DNA of 64,000 nt, taken from NCBI GenBank assembly GCA_965240325.2, contig OZ251238.1, forward strand, positions 1,364,001-1,428,000. Direction: 5' to 3'. The stretch comes from Rebecca billardiae RCC1528. Lineage: Eukaryota > Protista > Haptophyta. Under the pieces are notes generated by a model, which did no database searches, had not been told where the DNA came from, and saw only the letters and a list, made by a program, of their open reading frames with translations. Positions 50,934 through 62,817 of the stretch are shown here, one piece after another. The position numbers were made by a program, and so were the translations under genes. Positions within the stretch are counted from its first letter, which is position 1; each line of letters starts with the position of its first letter.

Positions 50934-53900
50934 ATGCAGCAGCCCAGCGGCGGGCTCGAGCCGATGTGCGCGGGCGCGCGCCGCGCGCCGCGCACGCCGC
51001 CGCGCGCCGTCCACGCGCCAAGCACTCCTCCCCCACCCACGCTCACCCGCCACCGGACTCCCTCCGGACTCCCTCCGGACCCGCGCGCTGCTCGTCGCCG
51101 CAGCGCGGTGCCCGATCTGGCGCGCGCGCTCGAGACGGTGCGCGCGTGCGGCCTGCACTTCCTGGTGGCGCCGATCGCGCACCCGCGGCACGTGCGCGAG
51201 CCGGCGCGCGCGTCGTCGGGGCTCGAGCGCCTCGACGCCTCGCCCTTCACGCGCTCAGACCTCCTACTCAAGTCGTCACAGTGGTCGCGGCACGTCGTCG
51301 GCCGCGTGAGCGACTGGCCGTGCCTGGACTCGGCGTGCGCGCGCACGCGCCGCGCGGCGGAGGAGGTGCTGGCGCAGGAGGTGGAGTTCGCGGCGCACCT
51401 CTCGCTGCCGAGCGTGCTCATGCCCCGCCTCCCCGAGTCGCCGCACGCCGTCGCACACTACGCGCGCTGCGTGAACTCGCTCGCGCGCGCGCACCCGAGC
51501 ATGCAGTTTTGGGTCCGAGCGCCGATGCGCGCTCGCGCGCTGCTGCCGACGGCGTCGGCGCAGGGGCGCGCCGAGGCGGCAGGGCCGGCCGCGCACAGCC
51601 CGAGCCCCGCCGCCGCGCCCGCCGCCGCCGCCGAGCCCGCCGGCCCCTGCCGCTACCAGCGCGCGTGGCAGTCCTGGGCGTCTGTGCGCGCCCTGGCGGA
51701 CCAGCTGCCGGCGGTGGCCCTCGCGCTGGAGGTGCCGCGGACGCTGCCGCCGGAGGCGCACGTGGAGCGCTGGCTGGGCGAGCCGATCCGGGTGCGTGCG
51801 CGCGCGCCTGCGCCCCCCGCCGCGGCGAGCGGAGCGGCGGCGGGAAATGAATACAATTATTAATGCTTTGATGATTATTCTTTGTTTTCTCGGCGGCCGA
51901 GGAAACCAGAAAAAAAACAGAGCGCGCTGCCCCTCGCGAGGGCGGGGTTGGCCCTCGGCGCTGTGGCCGCGGCGGCTGTGCAGCCGAGCGCCGCGGCCGT
52001 CGCTCACGCCCGCGCCGCCGCCGCGCCCGGGGCCCGCGCCCGCCCCGTATTGCGCGTACGGCGCGCGCGCGCCGGCAGGCGGCCATCCTGCCCGCAAGCA
52101 TTTTCGTGCCGAATTCCCGAGGCTACCCGGTGCTGCCGCGCCGGCACCAGCAGCTCGTGCTGAGGCTGGTGGCGCTCGGCGTGCAGCTCGTGCTGAGCGG
52201 GCAGCACCGGCTGGGCGCGGAGGAGGGCGCCGAGCCCGGCGCCGCTGGGCCAAGCGGTCTGCACGCGGCGGGCGCGGCGGCGGGCGCGGCGGCGGGCGCG
52301 GCGCCCGCCGGCGCGCCCGCCGGCGCGCCCGCCGGCGCGGAGGCGGACGACGCCCCCTGGCCCGCGGCGGACGCGGACGAGGCGGCGGACGGGCGCGCGG
52401 CCGCGCCCGCGCTCGCGGCCGCCCTCCCCGTCACCGACGCCCGGCCGGGCGCGCGGCCGTACTGGCAATACTTGTGTTTTATGTGCTCGCGGCGCGGGGG
52501 GTCCGGACTCGGGGGGTCCGGACTGTCCGGGACGGCGTCCCAGACGGCCGAGCTGGAGGGGCCGTTTCTGGACGTGCTCCAGCTGCCGTTGCAGCCGCTG
52601 CACGACAACCTCGAGTCGCAGCTGTACGAGATCTTCGAGGCCGACCCGGTGAAATACGAACGCTACCGGGCGGCAGTTGAGTCAGCTCTCACTGACTTGG
52701 CGCGCGCGGGCGCGCTGCGCGGCGGCGCGCGCGCCGGCGCGGAAGGGGGCTACGCCTCCGCCGAGCCGGCGCAGCCCGGCGCGCACGCTCAGCCACCAGC
52801 GGGCGCGCGCGCGCCGCCATCCCCGGACGAGGCCGTGGTGATGGTGGTGGGCGCGGGGCGAGGCCCGCTCGTCGAAGCAAGCCTGCGCGCCGCGGACGCG
52901 GCGGGCGTGCGCGCGCGCGTCTTCGCCGTCGAGAAGAACCCGAACGCGGTGGTGACGCTGCGGCACCGCGCGGCGTCCGAGCCGCTGTGGGCGGGCCGCG
53001 TGCAGGTGGTCGCGGCGGATATGCGCAGGTTTGCGCTGCGCTCGGCCCGCGCTCGGCGTGCCCACGCGCCGCGCGCCGCCGCGCGCCGCCGCCAGGCGCG
53101 CGCCGCGCGCGCCTCGCCGCGCGCCGCGCCGCGCCGCGCCGTGTGCTGCAGTGCTCGCTGTGCGCGTGCACGCCGGCCTGGCGAAGCGCGCCGCGCGCGC
53201 GCCGCGCCGCGCCGCGCGCCGCCGACGCGCCCGACGCCGCGCCGCCGCCCGCCCCCCGCCGGCGCCAGCTGGGCCGGCCCCCCGACCGGCACGAAAGCGC
53301 ATGTGCTCGTCTCGGAACTTCTCGGCTCTCTTGGCGACAACGAACTTTCACCCGAGTGCCTCGACGGCGCGCAGCGGCTGCTGGCGCCGGCGGGGGTGAG
53401 CGTGCCGCAGCGGTACACGTCGTTCGTCGCGCCCGTGCAGTCGGCGAAGCTGTGGACGGAGGTGTGCGCATTTTCTTTTCTTATTCCACATATATATTTC
53501 TTCACGCGCGCGCGGCGGCGCGAGGCGCCGCGCGAACCGCCGCCGCCGCCGCCGAGCGCGCGCCCGGCGTATCGCCGCTCCAGACAGCTCGCCGCGGCCG
53601 CTAGCTGCTTGCGCTGCGCGCGCGCCGCGTGGCGCGAACTGGCGCCGCGCGCACTGCCCTCGCCAGTGCCCGCGGGGCGCGCGCCCAGCCGCCGCCGCGC
53701 GTCCCGCGCGCCGCCCGCGCTCACGGCGCGATCGCGCGCGCCCTACCGGCGCCCCTGCCACGCCCGCCTCCGGCGCGCCGCGCTAGGTGCGGCGCCTGGC
53801 CGCCGTGGCCGACGGCTCGCACGGCCCGCACGGCGCTGGCGGCAGCTCATTCGACAAGCTGTACGTCGTGCGGATGCACAGCTACTGCGCGCTCGCGCCG

Positions 53901-54473
53901 ACCGAGCCACTCTTCACGTTCGAACACCCAAACCCAAGCCTGCCACACCCAAACCCAAGCCTGCCACACAGCGGCGGCGCGGCGCCCGGCGCGGGCGGCG
54001 CGGCGCCCGGCGCGGGCTGCGCGGCGCGCGGCGCAGGCGGCGGCGACAGCGCGAGCGCGGCCGACGAGGCGCAGGAAGGCGCTCCGGGCCCGTGGCCCGA
54101 CAACGCGCGCCACCACGTGCTCCGCTTCTCGTGCGAGCTCGGCGGCACGCTGCACGGCTTCGGCGGCTACTTCGAGTGCGAACTGTATAGGCGGAGCACG
54201 GGCGGAGCTGGCGGCGGCGCCGCCGCCGCCGCCGACGCGATCTCCTTCTCCACCAACCCGCCCACCGCCTCCGCCGGGATGTTTTCGTGGTTCCCCGCGT
54301 TCCTGCCCTTGCGCACGCCAATCGACGTGTCGCCGGGCGAGACCGTCGAGCTGCACGTGTGGCGGTGCGTCGACGAGGCGCGCGCGCGCGTGTGGTACGA
54401 ATGGGCGCTCACGCAGCCCGCCGTGTCGCCCGTGCACAACCCGAACGGCAGCTCGTACTGGATCGGGCTGTAA
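50934..54473 (+). CDS. PRMT5: Protein arginine N-methyltransferase 5, multi-exon
   Basis: APIAHPR, PFTRSDLLL, WLGEPI, DVLQLPLQPLHDNLESQLYEIFEADPVKY, VVGAGRGPLV, VEKNPNA, VSELLGSLGDNELSPECLDG, GMFSWFP, HNPNGSSYWIGL*. Confidence 0.96.
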
Positions 54474-54727
54474 CCACCGGGGCCGCGCACGATCGTCGGG
54501 CAGCCACAACCGCGTGCATCAGCATATATATATTATTCAATGCGCTGCCGCGCGCCCTGCCACCGGTTATATTCATCGCGTGCGGGCACACAACGGGCTC
54601 GGACTAGTGCAACACTTACACACAAGCTACCGCGACGCTACGAACCCCGGCCACCACACTTATTCGCAGCAGTTCGTTCGCACATAAAGTTACGGATGGG
54701 CGAACTCATTCGAAGGGATTCGAACTA

Positions 54728-55332
54728 TGGAGCGCTCGTTGGAACTTGGCGGGGCTTGGAACTTGACACCGCATTTCCCAGCGAAGTGCCCCATCTCGGC
54801 GGGGCTGGCACGGTCGGCACACGCTCCTGAGCGCTCGCTTCGCGGTGCGGCAGGCCTTGGGCAGCCCAGACAGACATGCCGCGACCGAATTACCGGGCCA
54901 TGCGCGCACCACACCCGCGCCACATGGCCTGCGCGCTGGACGACTGAGAGGCAACGCCGAACCACTGCATTCCACTGCCCCGCATGCACCCCAAGTCACC
55001 TTCAGAGGGCGTCGACGAGCGCAGAGCGGGTGCGTGGGAGTTCGACCAGCTCGTGTACCTTCTTGCTAGCACCAGCGGCGAGGTCGCAAGCCGCACCTTG
55101 ACCAGCCGTGGAACTTGAGCTGGTCGGCAGCATAACCACCGTTTAACCCGGATCAAGTTAGCAGCGTGCGAGGAGGAGGCGCGGTGCGCGTCCGCGGCTG
55201 GCGAGAGGCGTCCGGACCGTGCCGTTCTCGGCCGCGCCCGCGCGCTTCCCGCCGCCGCGGGCCCCGTGTACGCCCGTCGTCGCCCTCGCCGCGCGGGCGC
55301 CAAACCGGCGTCAAGTTCCAACGAACGCTCCA
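54728..55332. mobile_element. Putative MITE (about 605 bp, 21-bp TIR with one mismatch, TA flanks)
   Basis: TA|TGGAGCGCTCGTTGGAACTTG … CAAGTTCCAACGAACGCTCCA|TA, with internal repeats of TGGAACTTG. Confidence 0.7.
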
Positions 55333-55635
55333 TACTATCGACGGTCGCGCGTGCGAAATATTCGTAATTACAGTGCTCGCCTTGATTATTGGGAGCGCCT
55401 CCTATCTGGGATTCTGGTCAGAATCTGGGTCGGTCCCGGCGCGAAGCGACTGAATTGAGCAAATTTGCATAATTATCTCGCCCAGCTACGTGTGTCTCTT
55501 ATTATGAGTAGTAAACCATCCCAACCATAAATAATGGTCGGCGTCGAATCGGTAGTTCTGTGGACTGTGTGGCGTACTCACCTTGTCGTCAGGACGTCAA
55601 TTCGTCGAATAATTACAGCAGCAGAATCGGAAGTG

Positions 55636-58600
55636 ATGATGGTGCCCACCAAGCAGCGCGCCCACGGGCGGCCAGGCGACGGCGCGCCCGACGTGGAGGC
55701 AGGCTCCACCCGCGCACCCATGGGCCCTCTGTCCACCTCGGCTGCGCCCCGGCCCGGCCCATCGCCCCCCGCGGCCAGCGAGGCGCTGAGCTCCTCGCTT
55801 CCTCTCCCGAGCCCTGCTCGGTGGTCGTCGCGCTTGCAGCCCGCTGCGGACGCAGCGGGCGATGACGGCACGGAAGCGGATGGATCCGCGTTGCATATCC
55901 GCGTCGAGCCGCCCGTGTACACGCGCGATTTCGAGTTCGCCGACACTCGGCTCGAGGCAGAGTACCGGCGCGACGAGGTGCAGACCAAGCTCGAGACGCG
56001 CGCGCAGTACGTTGGCGGCGCGCTCGGCGTGCTTCTGGGCTCGTGGGGCATGCTCGACGTAGCGCTCACGGGCGGCGAGCTCGTGAACCCCCGCTTCTAC
56101 GTCTTCATCGTCCTGTACTCGGGGCTGTGGATCGGGCTCGGCCTCTTTGCGCACGTGGCGTCGCGGCGCAGCTGGCCGCTGGAGTGGACGGAGAATTGCT
56201 TCACACTCGCCTACGTCACCTCGTGCTTCACCGGCTTCCTCGCCCTGCTCGGCGGCATGGGCGTCGAGCTGTTCGACGTGCGCACCCTGGTGGCCGCCGT
56301 GCTGCAGAGCCGCGTCGGCATCATGATGCAGACGATGGTCTTCCTTGCGCTCTTTGCGGTGTACACGCCGCTCAGGCCGCGGCTGTACGCAGTGATTGCG
56401 CTCGGCGCGTGGAGCGCGGTGGCGCTGAACGAGGCGATCCTCGTCGGCCGCCTCCGCTGGCGCGAGCAGCCGATGACGGTCGCCGAGGTGGAGGGCCTCG
56501 CGCAGAGCATCATGCAGCACCTCCTCTTCGGCACGTACTGTGTGGTGATGGTGTGGGTGAACGCCCTGATCGCTAAGATTCACCACTCCGCTTATCACTT
56601 CTTCCGCTCGGTGCAGGCCTCGGTGAAGGAGCGGCACGCGCTCGTCGCGAGCCAGGCGCAGCAGGAGCTCCAGTTGCGCACGGCCGAGGCGGCCAAGCTC
56701 GCGCGCTCGCGCCTCATCCGCATGGTGATGCACGACCTGCGCTCGCCGCTGCTGTCGGTCGCCAACGCGGCGGGCTTGCTGGAGGACTTGCTGCCGCGCG
56801 CGCAGCCCGGCGACCCGGACGTCACCGCGGGCCTGCGCTCGATCGTCACGTGCTCTGATCTGATGCAGCACATCATCTCGGACATGTGAGCAGGCAGCGA
56901 CCCGTGCTCGCGCCGACCGCGCCGACCGCGCTCATCACACGCGCCGCCACGGCCGCCCGCGCCAACCCATGGTGCACCGGCCGCGCCCCGTGCTGGCCAG
57001 ACCCTAACCTTTAATCACCCTCACCCTCACCCTCACCCTTGCCAGGCTCGACTTTGAGCGAATCGACTCGGGCCGGCTCGAGCTGATGCGCGCGCCGTTC
57101 GCAGTCGGCGCGCTGCTGCAGGCCGCCATGCACACCTTCAAGGGGCTCGCGGAGTCGAGTGGCGTCGCGCTGCGCTGCGAGCCGGTGCTAGCCGCGCCCG
57201 CGCCCGGGGGCGCCGACGCCGGCCCCCACAACGGCGCGCCCCAGCCCGAGGGCGCGAGCCCCTGGCTCGTGGGCGACGTGCGCCGGTTGCAGCAGTGCGT
57301 CAACAACGGCGTGTCCAACGCGCTCAAGTTCACCGAGCCAGGTGGGACCGTCACGCTGCGCGCGTGGCGCGAGGGCGCCGAGCGCGCGCCGACGCCGCCG
57401 ATGCCCGCGCAAGCGGAGTCACACTCGGCCCAGGCAGGCGCAGAGTACTCGGAGTGGCCACACGCCGTGTGGCGCATCGACGTGGCGGACACGGGCATCG
57501 GGCTCAGCCCGGACGAGCAGGCGGCGCTGAACAATGGCGCCGCCTTCACGCAGGTGGGCAAGGGCCAACTGCAAGGCCAGGGCGGCACTGGCCTCGGGCT
57601 CACGATCGCTCGCGACATCCTGCGACTGCACGGCGACGGCTGCACCGCGCGCGTGGTCTCCGCCGGCGCTGGACGCGGCACCACCTTCCAGATGCGGCTT
57701 CGGCTTCCCGAGGCACCGCCTCAGCTCGGCGCCAGCTCGGCGCAGGCAGACGGCGCATCGGTCGCGTCCTCGGCCCAGGCCCAGGCTGCGGCCACAACAA
57801 GCCACGCGGGCACTGCGTCGGAGGCGCAGGCGCCCGCCGCGGCGCCCGCCGCGACCGGCGCGGCCGCGCTGTCCCCCGGCGCGAGCGCGGACCGCTCTGC
57901 GCGGCCGACGCGCACGCCCGTCGGCGGGCGCGTCGCGACGCCTGGCCCGCACGCGTTCCCACCGGACTTTCCACCGGACTTTCGAGTGCTGCACGTCGAG
58001 GACGACGCGGTGCTGCGGCGCACGGTGGCACTGCGCGTGCGCAACCAGCTCGGCGTGCCGATGGACTCGGCGGTGGACGGTCGCGAGGCGGTGCGACTCG
58101 TCCTGCGCGAGGGGCGGCGGTACTCCGTCGTGTTGATGGATAACCAGGTGAGCCCACGGCCAGCACGGCGGGGCGGGAGCGTGCGCCTCCGCGTGCGCGT
58201 ACGCGGGGGTGAGCCCTCGGCCAGCACGGCGGGGCGCCCGGGTGCCTCCCTTTCTCCCGCCCCCACCTTCCCGAGGAGGCGTACGTGCGCAACCGGCCAG
58301 CTCCGCGTGCGCGTGCGCGGGGGCGGATGGAGAGCGGGGGGTGGGGGCGATGCTACGGCACGGACGCATGGGCACGCGGGCGGGCGGCACGCGCCCGCGT
58401 GCGTGCGCGCGGCGGGGTGGATGCGCCACCATGCATGCTGCGCCACGCTGACTCAAGCACGCCGCTCCCTGCGCCCGCCCGCTCGCCCCCCGTCGCAGAT
58501 GCCGCATCTGACGGGTACCCAGGCGACGCGCGAGCTGCGTGAGGGCGGCTTCGACGGCGTGATCGTCGGCATGACCGGCGACCCTGCGGGCTGCCCCGAG

Positions 58601-58783
58601 CGCGACGAGTTTGAGGCGAGCGGGCTGAGCGCCTGCGTCGACAAGGACAAGGCGGGCATGGCGCACCTCATCGACGTGCTGCGCTCCTTCAGCGTGGCGC
58701 CGCCGCAACAGGCTGCGCCCGCGTCCGAGCGCGGCACCGCCGAGCCCGAGGCTCGCGCTCCGCTATGCACGGCGGTTGGCTAA
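55636..58783 (+). CDS. Hybrid sensor histidine kinase (6TM sensor - HisKA - HATPase - REC), 3 exons
   Basis: Six TM helices; H-box RMVMHDLRSPL; ISDM|LDFERIDSG; N-box GDVRRLQQCVNNGVSNALKFT; G1 DTGIGL; G2 GTGLGL; REC VLHVEDD…VLMDNQ|MP…GMTG…K. Introns at ~56886-57045 and ~58148-58498. Confidence 0.93.
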
Positions 58784-59036
58784 ATGAATAACCTAGCCGC
58801 CGGCGGGCCCTAAGCTAGTTAGAAGTCGTATATATATAGCAGCAGAGTCTGCTAGGGACGAGTGATGGCGCGACGAATCGACGCGACGCGGATGTGATGG
58901 CATCTCACTGATGGCTGAGCTGGCTTCGGTTCGCGGACCTGCCCTGCCAGCCAGACGCCGAGACGGGCACTGTGAGCTCCTGGCATGAAGTCACTCGTGA
59001 AATAAACTGCACAGGAGGACCTCGTCAACGGATATC

Positions 59037-61079
59037 CACAGTGAACAAAAACGGGATTATCGTCACCGTAACCTGTCCGACACGAGCCGATTTTCGGGGA
59101 AATTCTCGCATGGGCTGCACGAGCGCACAGAAGACGCTACGGTGGTCGCGCAGGCGCTTGGTGAGTGCCCAGGGCATGGGACTGCAACATCCCAGCCAGC
59201 CTCCCCATCTCTCCGCCCCTCTCTGCCTCGCCGGGTTGCACGCGGCTGGCCTGTCACGTAGCTCGTGAGCAGCCATTCGTGAGCGTGGAGCCCTGCTGCT
59301 CAGTGCGGCGATGCGGCGAGGCGAAGCGGCACGTACGATGGCGCATCTTACTCCAAAGGCAGTCTGCTGCCAGCACAGCCGCCCTCGCCGGAGTGCCTGG
59401 TCGTCACCTTCGTCGTGTGCACCTGTTGCGCGCGGCTGTCCACAAGCGTTTGCGCAGGCCTCCCCGGAGCCATTCAAGCACGCTCGTCCTCGACGAGACG
59501 TGCGCGAGGCACCGCGCGAGCGCGGGAACGGCCCTTCCCAGCATACTCCTGCACGGCCATCCACCTCGCCACAGCCTGCCATGTCACACTCCTCCCCGCA
59601 CGCAGTGCCCGCGTGCCGCGTGCGAGGCCGGCCCAACCCCAGGCAGAAGGGTGCACAGATATTTTCGACTGCGAGGAGACGGCGGCGAGCACAGGCGCGC
59701 GGCGCCGTCCCGCGCTTCATTGGGATGTTCTAGACCAGTCGCGCGCCCGCGGCACCGCACCCGCCCTCTCCGCGTCGCGTGCCACTCCACACCGCGCGCG
59801 CCCTCTCGGGCGATGCGAGTCTCGCCATCGACGGCGATCTTGCGGCTGATTCGTACCCGCATGTATTCAACAAATACGACAAATCGCCGAGCTGAACGCA
59901 CCTCGTCGCGCGATGGCATGGTCGCGCTGTGTGACGTCGCTCACCGCAGGAAATTCGGTACGCGACGAGAGCACGGCGCACGCGCACGGCGCGGCGTGGG
60001 AGGCGGGGCGGTGGTGTCCTCGAGCCATCCCGCCCGCGCCGCGGTGCGCCAGCCGCCACCTCGCCGCGCCGTGGCCCATGCCGCGCGGCAGGTGTCGACC
60101 ACACCGACCTTGCCGCCCAAAAGAGGGCCGCACCGGAAATTCTGTATTTGTTGAATACAGACTTACCCGCGTGCCCGCGGTGCGGCGGCGGCGTGGCGGC
60201 GGCGTGGCGCCGGCGGCGGCGGCGCGGGCAGCCTGACGGGCCAGATAGGGCGCGCCAGGTCGGGGCGATCGTGATGGGATGGTTCTATACGCACCAGCGC
60301 GTGCTCCTGTGCATCTCAAGAGCGCGCTGGGCGCCCTCTCTCGCGCCTATGCCCATCCCACACGGTCTGAGAAGCCTCTGGTTGGACACCGTTGGCTGCG
60401 CGCTCGGTCGTGGCTGCCCGGCGGGTCGGAGAGGTCGAGGCGAGCCGGGTCGTTCGCGACGGACGATGCCTATGGGTCATGGCGAGTGCCAGCACGCAGC
60501 TCGGGCGCGCGCCCGGCGCCTCCTCGCCGCGCTACATCCACACCAAGATCTGGCCCAAAAACAGGCTTCAAGAGCGAAACTCAGTCTGGGAGCTGCTCAG
60601 GCCGCTGTGTGCGGTTTGGCGGCGTACAAACTTGTGGAGCGGGTGCCCACATGGGTTGGGCACAATGCGACGTTGCGTTTTTCCGCGAAACACCACTTCC
60701 TCGCCTCTCCGCGCGCGTGCCGCGCGGCCCCCGTGAACTCATCTCAACAGGTCACGTGTGGCCGCCCGTGGAGCGAGGGTGGGCGAGGAGGGGCGGGCGA
60801 GGGTGACGCCGCCCCGGGGAACCGCATTGGCAAGCCGGCCGACGCCTCGCAGCCCCCCTCGCGGCACACATGCGCGCACGCCCGCCGCTCGGAGCGCGCC
60901 ATCGATTCGAATGGGCGTGCGCACGAACGACCATGCTCAGCCGGCTTCGGCCCGATCTTTCTCCACTGTGCGCGGCGCGAAGTGCCGCGAACGGGGCATG
61001 AAACAAATTCCAGCGCATCCCCACTGGGCGGAAGTGCGGACAGGTTACGGTGACGGCTAAAATCGATTTGTTTACTGTG
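59037..61079. mobile_element. Non-autonomous CACAG-ended DNA transposon (CMC/EnSpm-like), about 2.0 kb
   Basis: Left CACAGTGAACAAAAAC…CGTCACCGTAACCTGTCCG; right reverse complement CACAGTAAACAAATC…CGTCACCGTAACCTGTCCG; TC dinucleotide on both flanks. No recognisable transposase. Confidence 0.75.
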
Positions 61080-61151
61080 TCGGCCTATAGATGATCGATA
61101 TGACGATGACTTCAGAGCGATGATATTGGGCCAACAAGCACTTCCTCTATA

Positions 61152-61303
61152 GTTCAGACTCTACTTTTTTTACTGCTATAGGTATTTACCCATTATTTCA
61201 GACTCTGGTCAGAACACGGTCCGGGAGCGATCCGGATGCACCCGTAGCTATTGGAAATATGTCACCGGACTGGGTAAATAGCTAGGAAAAATAGAGTCTG
61301 AAG
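61152..61303. mobile_element. Putative mini-MITE (about 152 bp, TA flanks)
   Basis: TTCAGACTCTA…TATTTACCCA at left is inverted as TGGGTAAATA…TAGAGTCTGAA at right; TA on both sides. Confidence 0.55.
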
Positions 61304-61515
61304 TAGTCACAAACTGGGTTTCATCACACCCTGGGCACTTATTGGCCATCCATAGGCAACCCTACTTGGGGCCCTGTGGGACACTTCGGGCGTTCATTCG
61401 GCCGCAGGAATGCGAAGATCATTACTCACATTAGTTCGGTACGCCCGGTTTCTATGACCGGACTGGCAGGGGTCAACCGGAGCCAGAGCCTGATTAGACG
61501 ATCGACATATCAATA

Positions 61516-61620
61516 CACAGTAAAGAAATCGATTTTCGGCGTTACCGTAACCCGTCCGCACTTCCGCCCAGTGGGGATGCGGGGGAATTTTTTTTAACAT
61601 GCCGCGTTCGCGGCACGTGC
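61516..61620. mobile_element. Solo terminus of the CACAG element family
   Basis: About 100 bp is a close reverse-complement match to ~60982-61079, starting CACAGTAAAGAAATCGATTTT. No partner end seen downstream. Confidence 0.75.
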
Positions 61621-62148
61621 CACGTCGCGCCGCGTAAATCTGTCGGGCATCATCGACATCGTGTGGAGTAGCACGGTATAACTAGTCGTAGTATAGTAGT
61701 ACTAGCAGTAGTGATGTCGTAGTCGCGTGTCGACGACGATCTCTCTCTGCTGCACATATGCTCGTCTCTGATGATATCATCTATCTCTGCTCTCTGATCT
61801 CGTCTCTCGTCTCTCTAGCTATATATATATATATCGATCCGATGATGAACAGCATCAGTCGCGCTGCTGCCGCATACGCGTTACTACTACTTCTACCGTA
61901 CCGCCAGGCCCAGGGGCTGTCGAGTGTCGTACTGGCGGCGGAGAGTACTGACTGCGCTGCTCAGCTATTAATTCGATCGGCAATAATGCGCTATATTATA
62001 TTAATAATAGTAGATCGGCGACAGCAGGCGCCGAGTCTGTATGCGGTGGCCATTATTGCGCATATCATATATACTACGCGTATTCGCATGCATCGTCAGC
62101 ACGTCGCTGCTCGCGTAATAAGTACTGCTACTGCCGTTATTGCTTCCG

Positions 62149-62817
62149 CTACAGTTTATTGTCCCATCGCGTCGTCGTCCACCAGACGCCCGCAACGTTC
62201 CGGCTCACGCGCGGGCCGCGCACGAGGCCGAGGCGCGTGAGCTGCGCGTCCGTCTCCGCGTAGAACTTCTTGTCGCCCGTGTCGCGCACCGCCCACCGGT
62301 CCACTGCCACCGTCTGCGCCGCGACGTCGAGCAGAAAGACGCCGCGCGGCCGGAGCACGCGCACGACCTCTTCAAAGAACTTGTCCAGGAAGGGAATGTG
62401 GTCGGCGACGTTCGAGAAGACGACGTCGACCGTGCGCGTGGCGAACTGGATGTTCATCGCGTCGCCCTGCAGCACGAGCGACGCGTTGCCCGGGAAGAGG
62501 TCGATGCCGACGGCGAACGCGCCAAGACTCTGGAAAGCGCGGACCTCGCCGCCCGCGCGCGCGCCCACGCAGAGCATGTTCCTCCCGCGCAGGTTGAGCT
62601 TGAGCTTGCTCAGGCCGTTTCGCTGGTAGAAGGTGCGCACGTCGCGCTCGGTGTGCCTGTCAAACGCGCTGAGGATGTGCTTCTCCCTCAGCAAGTCGAT
62701 CTTCGCCCCCTGCTGCGAAAGATACGCCGTCCGGTTGAAAGCGCCGCTCGACGGATCGACGGCGAGCGCCACACTTGTGACGGCGAGCAGGCAGACGCCA
62801 AGCGGGGTGGCCAACAT
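62149..62817 (-). CDS. SAM-dependent methyltransferase (Methyltransf_11-like) with signal peptide
   Basis: MLCVGARAGGEVRAF, AVGIDL, QGDAMNIQF, VDVVFSNVADH, EVVRVLRPRGV. Confidence 0.85.
   Translation of the reverse strand: MLATPLGVCLLAVTSVALAVDPSSGAFNRTAYLSQQGAKIDLLREKHILSAFDRHTERDVRTFYQRNGLSKLKLNLRGRNMLCVGARAGGEVRAFQSLGAFAVGIDLFPGNASLVLQGDAMNIQFATRTVDVVFSNVADHIPFLDKFFEEVVRVLRPRGVFLLDVAAQTVAVDRWAVRDTGDKKFYAETDAQLTRLGLVRGPRVSRNVAGVWWTTTRWDNKL

Noticed and set aside
51845-51925. AT-rich insert with TGATGA in a PRMT5 intron as a C/D snoRNA
   Set aside because: No properly placed CTGA D box or terminal stem.
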